The notes: generated by a model from the letters alone, not told the origin. 63,313 nucleotides of DNA, filler included, from Actinomycetota bacterium (GCA_025963875.1; 4 parts of 4 records of this genome joined end to end with filler, not necessarily neighbours in it), one strand, 5' to 3'. Shown: positions 29,180-39,471, counted from the whole stretch's first letter. Translations and numbers: made by a program.

Positions 29180-29746
29180 GGCCAGACCGGCAACAGCTCC
29201 GAGGTCGGGGGCATGGTCGAGCAACTCCATCCCGACGTGCTCGTCCTCGACCTCATCATGCCGGGCATCGGAGGCCTCAACGCGCTCCGGGAGCTCGCCC
29301 GGCGCCGCCTGCCCACCCGGGTTGTCGTCCTGTCGATGTACGCCAACGAGGCGTACGTCCTCGAGGCCCTCCAGAACGGGGCCGGCGCCTACGTCCTCAA
29401 GCAGTCCGAGGCCGCCGAGCTGGTGCGGGGCATCCGGGAGGTCGCCAAGGGCCGACGTTACCTGAGCCCACCACTCTCGCAGCGGGCGGTCGAGGCCTAC
29501 GCCAAGCGGGCTAAGGGGACCATCGCCACCGAGGAGGCGGAGCTGACTGCTCGGGAGAAGGAGGTCCTGACACTGGTCGGCCAGGGCTTCACGAGTGCCC
29601 AGATCGGGGAGCGGCTCTTCATCAGCGTCCGGACGGTCGAGAGCCACCGCTCCAACCTGACCAAGAAGCTGGGCCTGCATTCCCAGGCGGAGATGGTGCG
29701 CACCGCGCTTCGCCGGGAACTCACGCCGCTCGACCCCACGCCGTAG
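29180..29746 (+). CDS. NarL/LuxR family response regulator, 5' truncated
   Basis: PDVLVLDLIMP, YVLK and LTAREKEVL...ISVRTVESHR HTH. Confidence 0.93.
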   Translation, partial: GQTGNSSEVGGMVEQLHPDVLVLDLIMPGIGGLNALRELARRRLPTRVVVLSMYANEAYVLEALQNGAGAYVLKQSEAAELVRGIREVAKGRRYLSPPLSQRAVEAYAKRAKGTIATEEAELTAREKEVLTLVGQGFTSAQIGERLFISVRTVESHRSNLTKKLGLHSQAEMVRTALRRELTPLDPTP

Positions 29747-29842
29747 CGCCTCAGGCCCTGGGGCGGGTGAGATTTTCCCCGCATACCGACGAATTCTTCA
29801 CCCACCCTCCATATCTCTTGGTTTCTATGCTTATCTACGCAT

Positions 29843-30760
29843 GTGAACAATGCGGAGCGGGCACTCCTGGCCCTTGCTCAGACCCAGCACGGAGTTCTCT
29901 CCCGGCAGCAGGCACTCTGCGAGGGCCTGTCGCCCAGTGCGATCGACCGCCGGCTGGTCACGGGGCAATGGGTGCGAGTGTTCCAGGGGGCCTATCGACT
30001 GGCGGGCGTGCAGCCCACGTGGGAGCAAACGGTCATGGCGGGTTGTCTGGCGGCCGGCGCCGATGCCGTGGCGTCGCACAGGTCGGCGGCGACCTTGCTC
30101 GGTATGCCGGGGGCACCGAGGTGGGTCGAAGTCACCGTTCCCCGGCCTCGCCAGGTCAGCGTGGCGGGTGTCATTGCCCACCGCACCCGGCTCCTCGCCC
30201 CGGAAGACGTGGCCAAGCTGAAGGGCATCCCGGTGACGAGAGCAGGGCGGACCATCGCCGACCTGGCCAGCTTCTATTCGAAGGCCAAGCTCAGCCCGAT
30301 GCTCAACTACGCCGTTGCCCAGAGGCTTGTCACACGCGCCGAGCTGGAGGCTCGGGCGACGGGCCGGAGACACGACGACGTTCTCAGAGAGTTGCTGGAT
30401 GAGCGACCGGCCTCGGCACGGCCGATGGGAAGTGAGTTCGAGGCCTCCCTCTTCCGAGGACTCCGTGAGGCCGGGCTTCCGCTGCCGCTCCCGCAGTACC
30501 GGGTGCTGATGGACGACGGCAGCGAGGTCTTCCTCGACTTTGCCTACCCGGACGTAAAGTTGGCCATCGAGGCGGACAGCTTCGTTTGGCACGCCTCCCT
30601 GGCAGACTGGCAGCGTGACCGCGCCCGCAACCGCAACAACGATCTCATGGCTCTCGGCTGGTCCATCCTTCCGATCACCTGGGACCTGGTGATGCGAAGC
30701 CCGGCGGTGGCTGCTCGCCAGGTCCGGCGCGCCCGGGAGACCCGGCTGGCTGGGATCTAG
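29843..30760 (+). CDS. AbiEi-antitoxin-like N-terminal domain fused to a DUF559/Vsr-like endonuclease
   Basis: LAQTQHGVLSR, ASHRSAA.LLG, IPVT...RTIADLA, SEFE, LDFAYP..KLAIEAD...WH, RDR.R and GW motifs. Confidence 0.85.
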   Translation: MNNAERALLALAQTQHGVLSRQQALCEGLSPSAIDRRLVTGQWVRVFQGAYRLAGVQPTWEQTVMAGCLAAGADAVASHRSAATLLGMPGAPRWVEVTVPRPRQVSVAGVIAHRTRLLAPEDVAKLKGIPVTRAGRTIADLASFYSKAKLSPMLNYAVAQRLVTRAELEARATGRRHDDVLRELLDERPASARPMGSEFEASLFRGLREAGLPLPLPQYRVLMDDGSEVFLDFAYPDVKLAIEADSFVWHASLADWQRDRARNRNNDLMALGWSILPITWDLVMRSPAVAARQVRRARETRLAGI

Positions 30761-31059
30761 ATCGCGTCGGGCCTTACGACGGCGATCGCTTCCTTGGCGT
30801 GCACGAGGATGGTGTCGCCGACCTTGGCGTCGACGAGCGCAATGCTCACGACCTCGATGCTCTGGCCGGTGTCGACGTTGGCGAGGTCGTCATCGAGCAG
30901 CTCGACGATGGTGACCGGGATCGCCTCGTCGGAGCACGTGATGCAGACGTCGCCGTAGCACTCCGGGATCGTGGGCCGGGGGGCAGGCGGCTGCTCCCCG
31001 AGAACCGGAAGCGGCACCCGTGCTCCCCGTCCGCCTCCTGCCCCTTCGGTGCCGGCCAT
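30757..31059 (-). CDS. HypC/HupF-like hydrogenase maturation chaperone (actinobacterial CITC type)
   Basis: CITCSDEA.PV.IVE...VSIALVDAKVGDTILVHA; start uncertain. Confidence 0.8.
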   Translation of the reverse strand: MAGTEGAGGGRGARVPLPVLGEQPPAPRPTIPECYGDVCITCSDEAIPVTIVELLDDDLANVDTGQSIEVVSIALVDAKVGDTILVHAKEAIAVVRPDAI

Positions 31060-31330
31060 CGTCTGATTCTAGCGCGCGGCTACTCACCGGGCGGACGCGA
31101 GTCACACATGGACAACGGGCTCCGAACGGGAACATAATCGGGATACGGTGCCGTCGAGGCCGTGGAGCAGGAGGATGTCAGGGGACGTGGCCGCTACCCA
31201 ATCCTCAGGGTGCGCTCGCTCATGCTTGAGCGCCCGTTCGGCGATGGTTGCCTTCACATCTCGCCTACCCCCACGACTGTCGCCGCGTGTGTCTGCCCAT
31301 CGGGAAGGATGACGGAAGGAGGTTCCAAGC

Positions 31331-31432
31331 ATGAAGGGTCTCATCGCAGGTGCACTGCTTCTCCTGGTAGCCGTGGTTGTGATGCAGTCACTCCCTGACT
31401 TCCAGCGGTACCAGCAGCTCCGGGACATGTAG
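31331..31432 (+). CDS. 33-aa single-TM small protein (DUF6893-like), absent from the ORF track
   Basis: MKGLIAGALLLLVAVVVMQSLPDFQRYQQLRDM* with AAGGAGG RBS. Confidence 0.8.
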   Translation: MKGLIAGALLLLVAVVVMQSLPDFQRYQQLRDM

Positions 31433-31557
31433 TTCTGATCATCCTGCCACGCCAGGGCCCCCTCGCTGCAGGCCGACAAGGCCGGGGGGTCCTGTCGCGT
31501 GGGGGCTGTACAGGGCTTGATCGTCGAAGGTGAAGAGCCAAGCGGAAGGGGGGGTTC

Positions 31558-33054
31558 ATGGGGCAGTTTCGCCGGTTGGTTTTCGAGTATGCCCTGAAGG
31601 TCAAATCCAAGGACCAGGTCTTCGATGAGATGCTGCAGCTCGCCCAGTCTGCAGCGGGCTCCGGGAAGCTGGGCGACGTTTCGGCTCTCAGGTCGCTCGC
31701 TGGTGGTGCGGGGGCCTCGGGCCTCGGCGACGTCGAGGCGCTGAAGGGTCTGGTGACCCAGGCCCTCAAGGCGGCCGGCCCGGCGCTGTCGAGCCGGCGA
31801 GCCGGGCCGTCGGGCGGTGGTGCTGCGCCCGCTGGTGCGACGAGCCACCCAGCGCCGCCACCGGTCAGCACCGGGCGGAAGGGCATGCCCAGCGTCCTGG
31901 GGACCCGAGTTGCAACGGAGGCGCCGGCTGCCGCCGAGCCGGAGCCAGCGCCGGCCGCCGCCGAGCGGAAACCGGCCGGGGCACGGGCCGCCCGAAGGCC
32001 ACGGCGGGGCATGCCCAGCGTGCTCGGGGCGAGCGCCCCGATTCCCGAAGCAGGCCCGGCCCCGGAGGAGGCCCCGGAGCCCCAACCCGAGCCGGAACCG
32101 CAAAAGAAACCCCGAGCGGCACCAAAGCCGCGGCCTGCCGCCAAGTCCTCTCCTTCCCGAGGCCCGAGGAAGCGGATGCCGAGCGTCCTGACAGGCTCCC
32201 GGCCCTCCGCCCCGATTGAAACCGTCCAGGCGCCAGTGCTCGAGGCCGAACCCGAGCCCGAGCCAGCCTCGAGCGCCGCACCGGAACCCGAGCCAGCGCC
32301 GAGGCCGGCCCGCCGGCGTATGTCGAGCGTGCTCCCCACCTACCGCCGCCCTCCAATGGGGGTGGCGGCCACTCCTCCGCCACCCCTGGAGCCTGAGCCT
32401 GAGCCGGAATTGGAGCCTCCGGCAACAGAACCTGCACTCCTCGAGGACGAGCCCGAGCCGGAGCTCATTGTTCTGGAGGTTCTGCCGGAGCCGCTTGCCC
32501 TTGAGGTCGAAATACCGGCGCTCGAGCCCGAGCCAGAGCTCCTGATCGTGGAAGTCATTGCTGAGCCGGAGCCGCCGGCAGAGCCCGCCCCCAAGCAACG
32601 CGCCCGAAAGCGTCCGGCTTCCAGGGCGGCGGGGACGAAACCGAAGGCGGCACCCGCCAAACCGCTGGCCTCCAAGCCCTCGGCGAAGGCGGCGCCCAGC
32701 GTCAAGACGGCCGCCAGGTCAAAGCCAGGAGCCAAGAAGGCAGCCGTCAAGCCGAAGGCGAAGCCAAAAGCACCGGTGAAGAAGGCATCCACCGCCAAGG
32801 CGAAGCCAAAGCCCGAACCGGGGGCGAAGCCCAAGGCAAGCCCGGTGAAGGCAAAGGGGAAGCCCAAGGCAAGCCCGGTCAAGGCAAAGGGGAAGCCCAA
32901 ACCGCAACCAAAGGCCGCCCCCAAGGCGAAGGCGAAGGCAAACGCCAAGGCCACGGCAAAGACTGCCCCCCAAGCAAAAGCAAAAGCGAAAGGGAAGGCC
33001 AAGCCGAAGGCGACCACGAGGCCCAAGTCCCGGACCAAATTTCCAGACTTCTGA
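31558..33054 (+). CDS. Low-complexity protein with four R-x-x-M-P-S-V-L motifs, acidic PE tract and Lys/Ala-rich histone-like tail
   Basis: 498-aa ORF with G-rich RBS; composition visible in translation. Confidence 0.7.
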   Translation: MGQFRRLVFEYALKVKSKDQVFDEMLQLAQSAAGSGKLGDVSALRSLAGGAGASGLGDVEALKGLVTQALKAAGPALSSRRAGPSGGGAAPAGATSHPAPPPVSTGRKGMPSVLGTRVATEAPAAAEPEPAPAAAERKPAGARAARRPRRGMPSVLGASAPIPEAGPAPEEAPEPQPEPEPQKKPRAAPKPRPAAKSSPSRGPRKRMPSVLTGSRPSAPIETVQAPVLEAEPEPEPASSAAPEPEPAPRPARRRMSSVLPTYRRPPMGVAATPPPPLEPEPEPELEPPATEPALLEDEPEPELIVLEVLPEPLALEVEIPALEPEPELLIVEVIAEPEPPAEPAPKQRARKRPASRAAGTKPKAAPAKPLASKPSAKAAPSVKTAARSKPGAKKAAVKPKAKPKAPVKKASTAKAKPKPEPGAKPKASPVKAKGKPKASPVKAKGKPKPQPKAAPKAKAKANAKATAKTAPQAKAKAKGKAKPKATTRPKSRTKFPDF

Positions 33055-33083
33055 GTCCGCCAGCTTCGTGCGGGGTCCGGCCC

Positions 33084-34376
33084 TCAGCCGGTCAGGAGCT
33101 GGACGAGCAGGGCGGCGTTCAGGGTCACGATGATCGCCACCACCACGATGGCCGCCGCCGTCGTGACCGGGCGGTTGGTCAGCGCCCCCATCAGGCGCCT
33201 GCGCGTCGTGAACCACACGAGGGGAGCGACCGCGAAGGGCAGGCCGAAGCTCAGCACCACCTGGGACAGCACCAGGATCCGCAGGGGATCCAGGCCGATG
33301 GCGATGACGACCAGCGCCGGGATCAGGCTGATCCCCCGGCGAAGGAACAACGGGACCCGGTACCCGAGGAAGCCCTCCATGATGCCCTGGCCGGCCATTG
33401 TGCCGACCGTCGTCGATGAAAGGCCCGACGCCAGCAGGGAGATGCCGAAGAGCAAGCCGGCCAGCGGCCCGGCGATCGGCCGCAGCGTCCGGGCGGCGTC
33501 CTGGAGCGACGAGACCTGGAGGCCGTGGGCCCAGAACACTGCCGCCGCCATGATCAGCATGGCGGAGTTGACGAACCACGCCCCGTTCATGGCGATGGCC
33601 ACGTCGAGGACCTCGAAGTGGAACAGGCGCTTGGCCTGGGCGTCGTCGTGGTGGGGGTTCCGGGACTTCGTCAGGTCCGAGTGGAGGAAGACGACGTGGG
33701 GCATCACCGTCGCGCCCAGGATGCCGATCGCGAGATAGAGGGCGTGACCCTTGGCGTAGGGCGTGAACATGCCGTGCAGGATCGGTCCCGCGGGGGGATG
33801 GGTGAGGAAGATCTCGGCGGTGTAACAGAGGCCGACGACGGCGACGAAGGCCATGATCACGTACTCGATGGGCCGGTGGCCGTACTTGTGCAGGTAGAGG
33901 ACGCCGAAGGCGAAGACCCCGGTGAGCAGGGCGGCCGGCAGCAGCCCGAGGCCGAAGACGAGGTTGAAGCCGATCGCCGCCCCCAGCACCTCGGCCAGGT
34001 CGGTGGACATCGCCACCAGCTCGGCGATCACCCAGAGGCCGTACGACACCGGCTTCGAGAACTCGTCCCGGCAGACCCGGGCCAGGCCGCGCCCGGTGGC
34101 GATGCCGAGCTTGGCGGAGAGAGTCTGGATGAGGATGGCCAGCAGATTGGCGGTGAGGATCACCCACAGCAGCCGGTAGCCGAACTCGGAGCCTCCGGCG
34201 ATGTTGGTGGCGAAGTTGCCCGGGTCGATGTAGGCGACGCTCGCCACGAAGGCGGGGCCGAGGAACGGCCAGACGCCCCGCAGCCGCTGGATCGAGGTGT
34301 GACCGGCCCGAATGGGGAGGCCGAGGGCCGCAGCTTCCTCGGTTGGGGTTTCGCTCGCCTGGTCGAGTTCCTTCAT
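33084..34376 (-). CDS. mntH: Nramp family Mn2+ transporter
   Basis: AYIDPGN, GATVMPH, GTMAGQ and SQVVLS. Confidence 0.97.
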   Translation of the reverse strand: MKELDQASETPTEEAAALGLPIRAGHTSIQRLRGVWPFLGPAFVASVAYIDPGNFATNIAGGSEFGYRLLWVILTANLLAILIQTLSAKLGIATGRGLARVCRDEFSKPVSYGLWVIAELVAMSTDLAEVLGAAIGFNLVFGLGLLPAALLTGVFAFGVLYLHKYGHRPIEYVIMAFVAVVGLCYTAEIFLTHPPAGPILHGMFTPYAKGHALYLAIGILGATVMPHVVFLHSDLTKSRNPHHDDAQAKRLFHFEVLDVAIAMNGAWFVNSAMLIMAAAVFWAHGLQVSSLQDAARTLRPIAGPLAGLLFGISLLASGLSSTTVGTMAGQGIMEGFLGYRVPLFLRRGISLIPALVVIAIGLDPLRILVLSQVVLSFGLPFAVAPLVWFTTRRRLMGALTNRPVTTAAAIVVVAIIVTLNAALLVQLLTG

Positions 34377-35083
34377 CCCGGCGGCTTCGTGCCACCTTCG
34401 GCGTCGCCTTCGACGCGGATGGCCCGGGCGAGCCCCAGCGGCACGGAGATCTGCGAGCCGTCGAGGGACACGACGATCGGGCTTTCCCAGACGCTCTCCT
34501 CGACCACCATGACGCGCCGCCCGGGTGTCAGGCCGAGCCGCTCGACCGCCCGCAACTTCGCGGGGTCACGGTCCGAGATGCGACTGACGGTCACCTCGCT
34601 GCCGGCCGGGGCCGACTGCAGCGGAAGGGTTGGGTGCTCGACGAGCGTCCCGTCCGGGGCGGGGATGGGGTCGCCGTGGGGATCGAAGGCGGGCTGGCCG
34701 AGCGCCTGCCACATCCGCTCCTCCAGCCGCTCGGAGATGGCGTGCTCCAAGCGGTCGGCCTCCTCGTGGACCTCGTCCCACCCGTAGCCGAGGGCCCGCA
34801 CGAGGTAGGTCTCGATCAGGCGGTGGTGGCGGATCATCTCGACGGCGACCTTGAGGCCGTCCGGCGTGAGCCGCGCCCCCCGGTAAGGGTCGTGGACGAT
34901 GAGGCCCAGCGTGGCGAGCTTGCCCAGCATCTCGCTCACCGACCCCGGACTCACTCCCATCTCCTCTGCGAGGCGAGCGTTGGGCACGAGCGTCGCCGCT
35001 CTGCCGGAGATCCGGAACAGCGCTTTGAGGTAGTCCTCCTGTGCTGCAGATGTTCGGCGCTTGCCAACTTTAAGTTTCGGCAT
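34373..35083 (-). CDS. mntR: DtxR/MntR family metal-dependent repressor with FeoA domain
   Basis: EDYLKA, RHHRLIETYL, HEEADRLEH and DPHGDPIP. Confidence 0.93.
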   Translation of the reverse strand: MPKLKVGKRRTSAAQEDYLKALFRISGRAATLVPNARLAEEMGVSPGSVSEMLGKLATLGLIVHDPYRGARLTPDGLKVAVEMIRHHRLIETYLVRALGYGWDEVHEEADRLEHAISERLEERMWQALGQPAFDPHGDPIPAPDGTLVEHPTLPLQSAPAGSEVTVSRISDRDPAKLRAVERLGLTPGRRVMVVEESVWESPIVVSLDGSQISVPLGLARAIRVEGDAEGGTKPPG

Positions 35084-35090
35084 GCCTAAA
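35075..35090. promoter_or_regulatory. MntR/DtxR-type operator palindrome overlapping the mntR start codon
   Basis: tttcggcatgcctaaa, a palindrome with one mismatched pair. Confidence 0.75.
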
Positions 35091-35116
35091 TATTAGCCGA
35101 ACGTCCCCCGAAATTC

Positions 35117-35146
35117 CGGCCCGAGGCGCCCCTCAAGGCGCCGGAT
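35117..35146 (+). repeat. GGCGCC-hairpin REP-like element, intergenic copy
   Basis: 30 bp identical to 1594-1623 (cggcccgaggcgcccctcaaggcgccggat). Confidence 0.9.
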
Positions 35147-35242
35147 CCAACTTGGGCGTTGCTTCTCACTCGGGGCGGCAGGTATGATGACACTGTTCTA
35201 TGTAGCATCCAAACGTGCAGGTTAGATGCCGAGGAGGCCGAT

Positions 35243-36634
35243 ATGTCCGTGGAGTCCCGGATCCCTGAGGTCGCAACGTCGAGCGGACAGATGCCCCCGG
35301 GTCCGAAGGGTCTCCCTGTGCTGGGGCCGCTGCTTGAGTTGAAGAAGGATCTGCTCGGCACCTCGTACCGTGCCATGCTCGAGTTTGGGGACGTGGTGCG
35401 CTTTGCCGGTGCCCCCGGCAAGTACCACCGCGAAGCCACCTTCCTCTTCCACCCCGACATGGTGCAGTACGTGCTTGCCACCGGCGCCGACAACTTCTAC
35501 AAGGGCGACGAGGCCTACACCGAACTGCGGGAGGTCCTCGGCAACGGGCTGCTGACGGCTGAGGGCGACGTGTGGAAGCGCCAGAAGCGCCAGGTCCAGC
35601 CGCTGTTCACCCACAAGACCGTGGGCGACTACGTCCCGATGATCGCCGAGGAAGGCGCCGAGGTCGTTGAGCGCTGGCGACCGTCCGCCGCAGGCGGCAC
35701 GGTCGATCTGGCGGCCGAGATGCCGCGGGTGACGCTACGGATCGTTGGCAAGGCCGTCTTCGGCGCCGATGTCGACCACATGTTGCCGGTCTTCAAGGAT
35801 CGGGTGCCGTACCTGAGCGAGCGCGCCTTCAAGCGTTCGGTCAACCCGTTCCGGCCTCCGCAGAACTGGCCGACCCTCGGCAACCGCAAGGCGCACGCCA
35901 TGCAGGCCGACATCAACAAGGTCGTTGACGACCTCATCGCCGGCCACCGCCGCGACCCGGACGGCGGGACGGACCTCGTGCGCCTCCTGATCGGCGCCAC
36001 CGACCCGGAGACAGGGGAGCGACTCAGCGACGACGAGATCCGCGACCAGGCGCTCGTGTTCCTGCTGGCGGGCCACGAGACGACGGCGACGTCGCTGACC
36101 TTCACGCTCCACCTGCTGGGCCACCACCCCGACGTGCAGCGCCGGGTCCACGAGGAGGTCGACAGCGTCCTCGGCGGCCGGACGCCCACGCTGGAGGACG
36201 TGCGGGCTCTGGAGTACACGACGATGGTCGTCAAGGAGGCCATGCGCCTCTACCCGGCGGCCCACGGCATGCCGCGCCAGTCCAAGACGCAGTTCGAGGC
36301 CGGCGGCTACACGATCCCCGCCGAGTCAGCGGTCATCGTGAGCTCCTACGCGACGCACCGCCACCCCAAGTTCTGGGACAACCCGCTTGCCTTCGACCCC
36401 GAGCGGTTCACGCCAGAGCTGGAGAAGGCCCGCCACCGCTACGCCTACTTCCCCTTCGGTGGCGGCCCGCGGGCCTGCATCGGCCAGTACTTCTCGATGC
36501 TCGAGAGCGTCATCGTGACGGCCATGCTCATGCGGGACTACGAGGTGAAGACGACCGAGCGCAAGGTGCCGCTCTTCGTCGGAATCACCTTGCGCCCCGC
36601 GGGACCGATGCCGGCGGTGCTGAAGCCACGCTGA
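35243..36634 (+). CDS. Cytochrome P450
   Basis: PPGP, AGHETT, KEAMR (ExxR), PERF and FGGGPRACIG heme motif. Confidence 0.97.
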   Translation: MSVESRIPEVATSSGQMPPGPKGLPVLGPLLELKKDLLGTSYRAMLEFGDVVRFAGAPGKYHREATFLFHPDMVQYVLATGADNFYKGDEAYTELREVLGNGLLTAEGDVWKRQKRQVQPLFTHKTVGDYVPMIAEEGAEVVERWRPSAAGGTVDLAAEMPRVTLRIVGKAVFGADVDHMLPVFKDRVPYLSERAFKRSVNPFRPPQNWPTLGNRKAHAMQADINKVVDDLIAGHRRDPDGGTDLVRLLIGATDPETGERLSDDEIRDQALVFLLAGHETTATSLTFTLHLLGHHPDVQRRVHEEVDSVLGGRTPTLEDVRALEYTTMVVKEAMRLYPAAHGMPRQSKTQFEAGGYTIPAESAVIVSSYATHRHPKFWDNPLAFDPERFTPELEKARHRYAYFPFGGGPRACIGQYFSMLESVIVTAMLMRDYEVKTTERKVPLFVGITLRPAGPMPAVLKPR

Positions 36635-36696
36635 CCCCGCTCTAGAATGCCTCCGCGGCGCACCCTCCCGATGGGGCGCCGCGGAGGAGCCAGACC

Positions 36697-38392
36697 TTGC
36701 ACGTACTCGGCATCAACTGCCTCGCGCACGACACCGCGGCGGCCCTCGTCGTCGACGGCCAGGTGGTCGCCTTCGTCGAGGAGGAGCGCCTCAGCCGCGA
36801 GAAGCACACGTGGAAGTTCCCCGACCAGGCCATTCGCTGGTGCCTGGACACGGCGGGGCTCGCCGTCGACGAGATCGACCTCGTCACCTTCGACTACCGC
36901 CCCGGCCTCGACTACGCCCGCGGGATGGCCTACGACATCCTGCCGCACCTTCCCCGCTCTGCGAAGCACTGGGCGAAGCAGACCTACGTCGACGGCCGCC
37001 ACGTCTGGAAGGCGAAGGACTTCCGCCGGCGCTGGGGGTACAAAGGCCGGATCCGGTTCATCGAGCACCACCGGACGCACGCCGCCGCCGCCTTCCTGTC
37101 CTCGCCGTTCGACCGGGCGGTCGCCCTCAGCATCGACCGCGGCGGCGACTACCTCTCCACGGCCGCCTATCTGTGTGAGGGGACGCAGATGCGGGAGATC
37201 GCCCGGGTGCGCAACCCCCACTCGCTCGGCGAGCTGTACTCGGCGGTCACCTGGTGGCTCGGCTTCAAGCCGAACTGTGACGAGGGCAAGGTCATGGGGC
37301 TCGCCTCCTACGGCCGGCCGACCTACCTCGACGACTTCCGCAGCATAGTCCGCTGCCGCCCCAACGGGGAGTTCCGCATCGATCTCTCCTGGGCCGGCTG
37401 GCACACCGAGCACGGCAACGCATGGGTGTCGCAACGGTTCCTGAAGCGCTTCGGCCCCCCCCCGCCGTCCCGAGGAACCCATCACCGAGTTCCACGAGGA
37501 CGTCGCCTTTGGCCTCCAGGCCGTCGTCGAGGAGGCCGCGCTCAACCTGGCCCGGGAGGCCGCGATCCAGTGCGGCACCGACCTCGGCCTCTGCCTGGCG
37601 GGCGGTGTGGCGCTCAACTCGGTGATGAACGCCCGGCTGCTGACCGACGGCCCCTTCCGTGACGTCTACATCCCCGCCCCCTGCGGCGACGCCGGCAACG
37701 CCATCGGCGGTGCCCTGCTCGCCTGGCACGAGGAGACCGGCAAGCCGCGGGGCTGGCAGATGGAGCACGCCTACCTCGGCCCGGAGTACTCGGCTGCCGC
37801 CATCCGCCGGGCGCTCGACGAACGCAAGCTCACCTACCGGGAGGTGCCGGACCCCTCCGGGGAGGCCGCCCGCCTGCTGGCGGCCGGCAGGATCACCGGA
37901 TGGTTCCAGGGTCGCGCCGAGGCCGGCCCCCGTGCCCTCGGCAACCGCTCGATCCTGGCGGACCCACGGCCGGACCACATGAAGGACACGATCAACGCCG
38001 AGGTCAAGCACCGGGAGCCCTTCCGGCCGTTCGCGCCCTCCGTCCTGGCGGAGGAGGCTCCGGCGTGGTTCGAGCCCGTCGCCCCGTCCCCCTTCATGCT
38101 GCTCTGCATGCCGATCCGTCCCGAGCGCCGGGCGCAGGTGCCGGCCGTCACCCACGTCGACGGGACGGGGCGCCTTCAGACGGTCACCGAGGCCGCCAAC
38201 CCTCCGTTCCGGCGCCTTATCGAGGCGTTCCACCGGGAAACCGGGGTGCCGATGGTGCTCAACACGTCGTTCAACGATGTGGGCGAGCCCATCGTCTGCT
38301 CACCGGTCGAGGCAGTCCGTACCTTCTTCTCCACGGGCCTGGACGCCCTCGTGATCGGGCCGTATGTGCTGGAGAAGGAGCGGCCCCGCTGA
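36697..38392 (+). pseudogene. CmcH/NodU-type carbamoyltransferase split by a +1 frameshift in a C9 tract (37455-37463)
   Basis: N-part HD..AA, EEERLSR.K, EHH..H, DEGKVMGLASYG; C-part GGVALN, GDAG, GPRALGNRS, KHRE.FRPFAP, HVDGTGR, NTSFN; removing one C restores FGPPRRPEEPITEFHEDVA. Confidence 0.88.
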
Positions 38393-38468
38393 ATCCGGGT
38401 ATCGTGGTGTCATGAGCGACCTCGACCGATTGCTGCAGCAGGTGGAAGAGCTGAAGAAGCTCGCCAAC

Positions 38469-38568
38469 NNNNNNNNNNNNNNNNNNNNNNNNNNNNNNNN
38501 NNNNNNNNNNNNTTAATTAATTAANNNNNNNNNNNNNNNNNNNNNNNNNNNNNNNNNNNNNNNNNNNN
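38469..38568. other. Artificial contig linker
   Basis: N-TTAATTAATTAA-N. Confidence 0.98.
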
Positions 38569-38897
38569 GCGATGCCCTGCTGACCAGCACCCGCGGTGAC
38601 TCCCTGCTGGTCCAGATGGCCACCCTCAACCTCGTGGCGATCCTCGGCATCTCCCTGCGCCGCCGCCTTGCCCGCTCGGGGCGGAGGGCCGTCACCGGCA
38701 TCGGTCGCCGTCTCGGGCAGGCCCACGCATGAGAGTCACGAAGGCCCAGGAGGCCGCCAGCACGGTCGCAACGTCACGTGCCACAGGGCCACAGACAGGG
38801 GCATTTCCCCGTGGTCCCCCGCCGAGAGCGTCTGCTCTCGACTGGTTTTGCTCACCCAGGAACAGATCTCCTGGCCCCCCGAAAGAAAGGACCCGTG

Positions 38898-39455
38898 ATG
38901 ATGGGTTGCAGTAGTTGCAGCATGAAGCCCCGAGCCCTGGTTTGGCGCTTGAGCGCCGGATTGCTCGCGATGTCGGCGACAGTCCTCATCGCAATCCCAG
39001 GAGCCAACGCAGCCACTGCGGATCGGCCCCCGGTCACCACCGTGCGGTCCGCGGCCCCTCCCGTGCAAAGCTGCAATGACGCTTACGACCAGACTGGCGT
39101 GCGCGGCGCCGGGATCGGCCAGATACGGGCGGTTGGGAACGGCGTTTACTCCTTCGACATCAAGTTCAACCAGGACTTCATCGCTGTCCATCCACCGACT
39201 ACCATCTTTGCGGCGGGTGAGGCCCGCCTCTATGTCAACGGCCGGTACGCGTTTACCATCCCAACTGGACATCCACGCCCTATTGGCGACTCCTTCCACT
39301 CGACTATCCAGCTTCAGGGACACAAGTACGGTCGCGGAAACAAAAAGTCCATTCAGCGTGGCGACTCCCTCAGCTTTCGCATCTCCCTCCTACTCATGGA
39401 TCCTGCTTCAGGTACCCTCTACCCGGGGCGTGGAACGATTTCCTGTCGACTCTGA
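38898..39455 (+). CDS. Hypothetical secreted protein
   Basis: Signal-peptide-like N-terminus (ANA-A), beta-rich body with Cys near each end; lower GC; start uncertain. Confidence 0.65.
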   Translation: MMGCSSCSMKPRALVWRLSAGLLAMSATVLIAIPGANAATADRPPVTTVRSAAPPVQSCNDAYDQTGVRGAGIGQIRAVGNGVYSFDIKFNQDFIAVHPPTTIFAAGEARLYVNGRYAFTIPTGHPRPIGDSFHSTIQLQGHKYGRGNKKSIQRGDSLSFRISLLLMDPASGTLYPGRGTISCRL

Positions 39456-39471
39456 CGAAGGCGAGGCTGCA

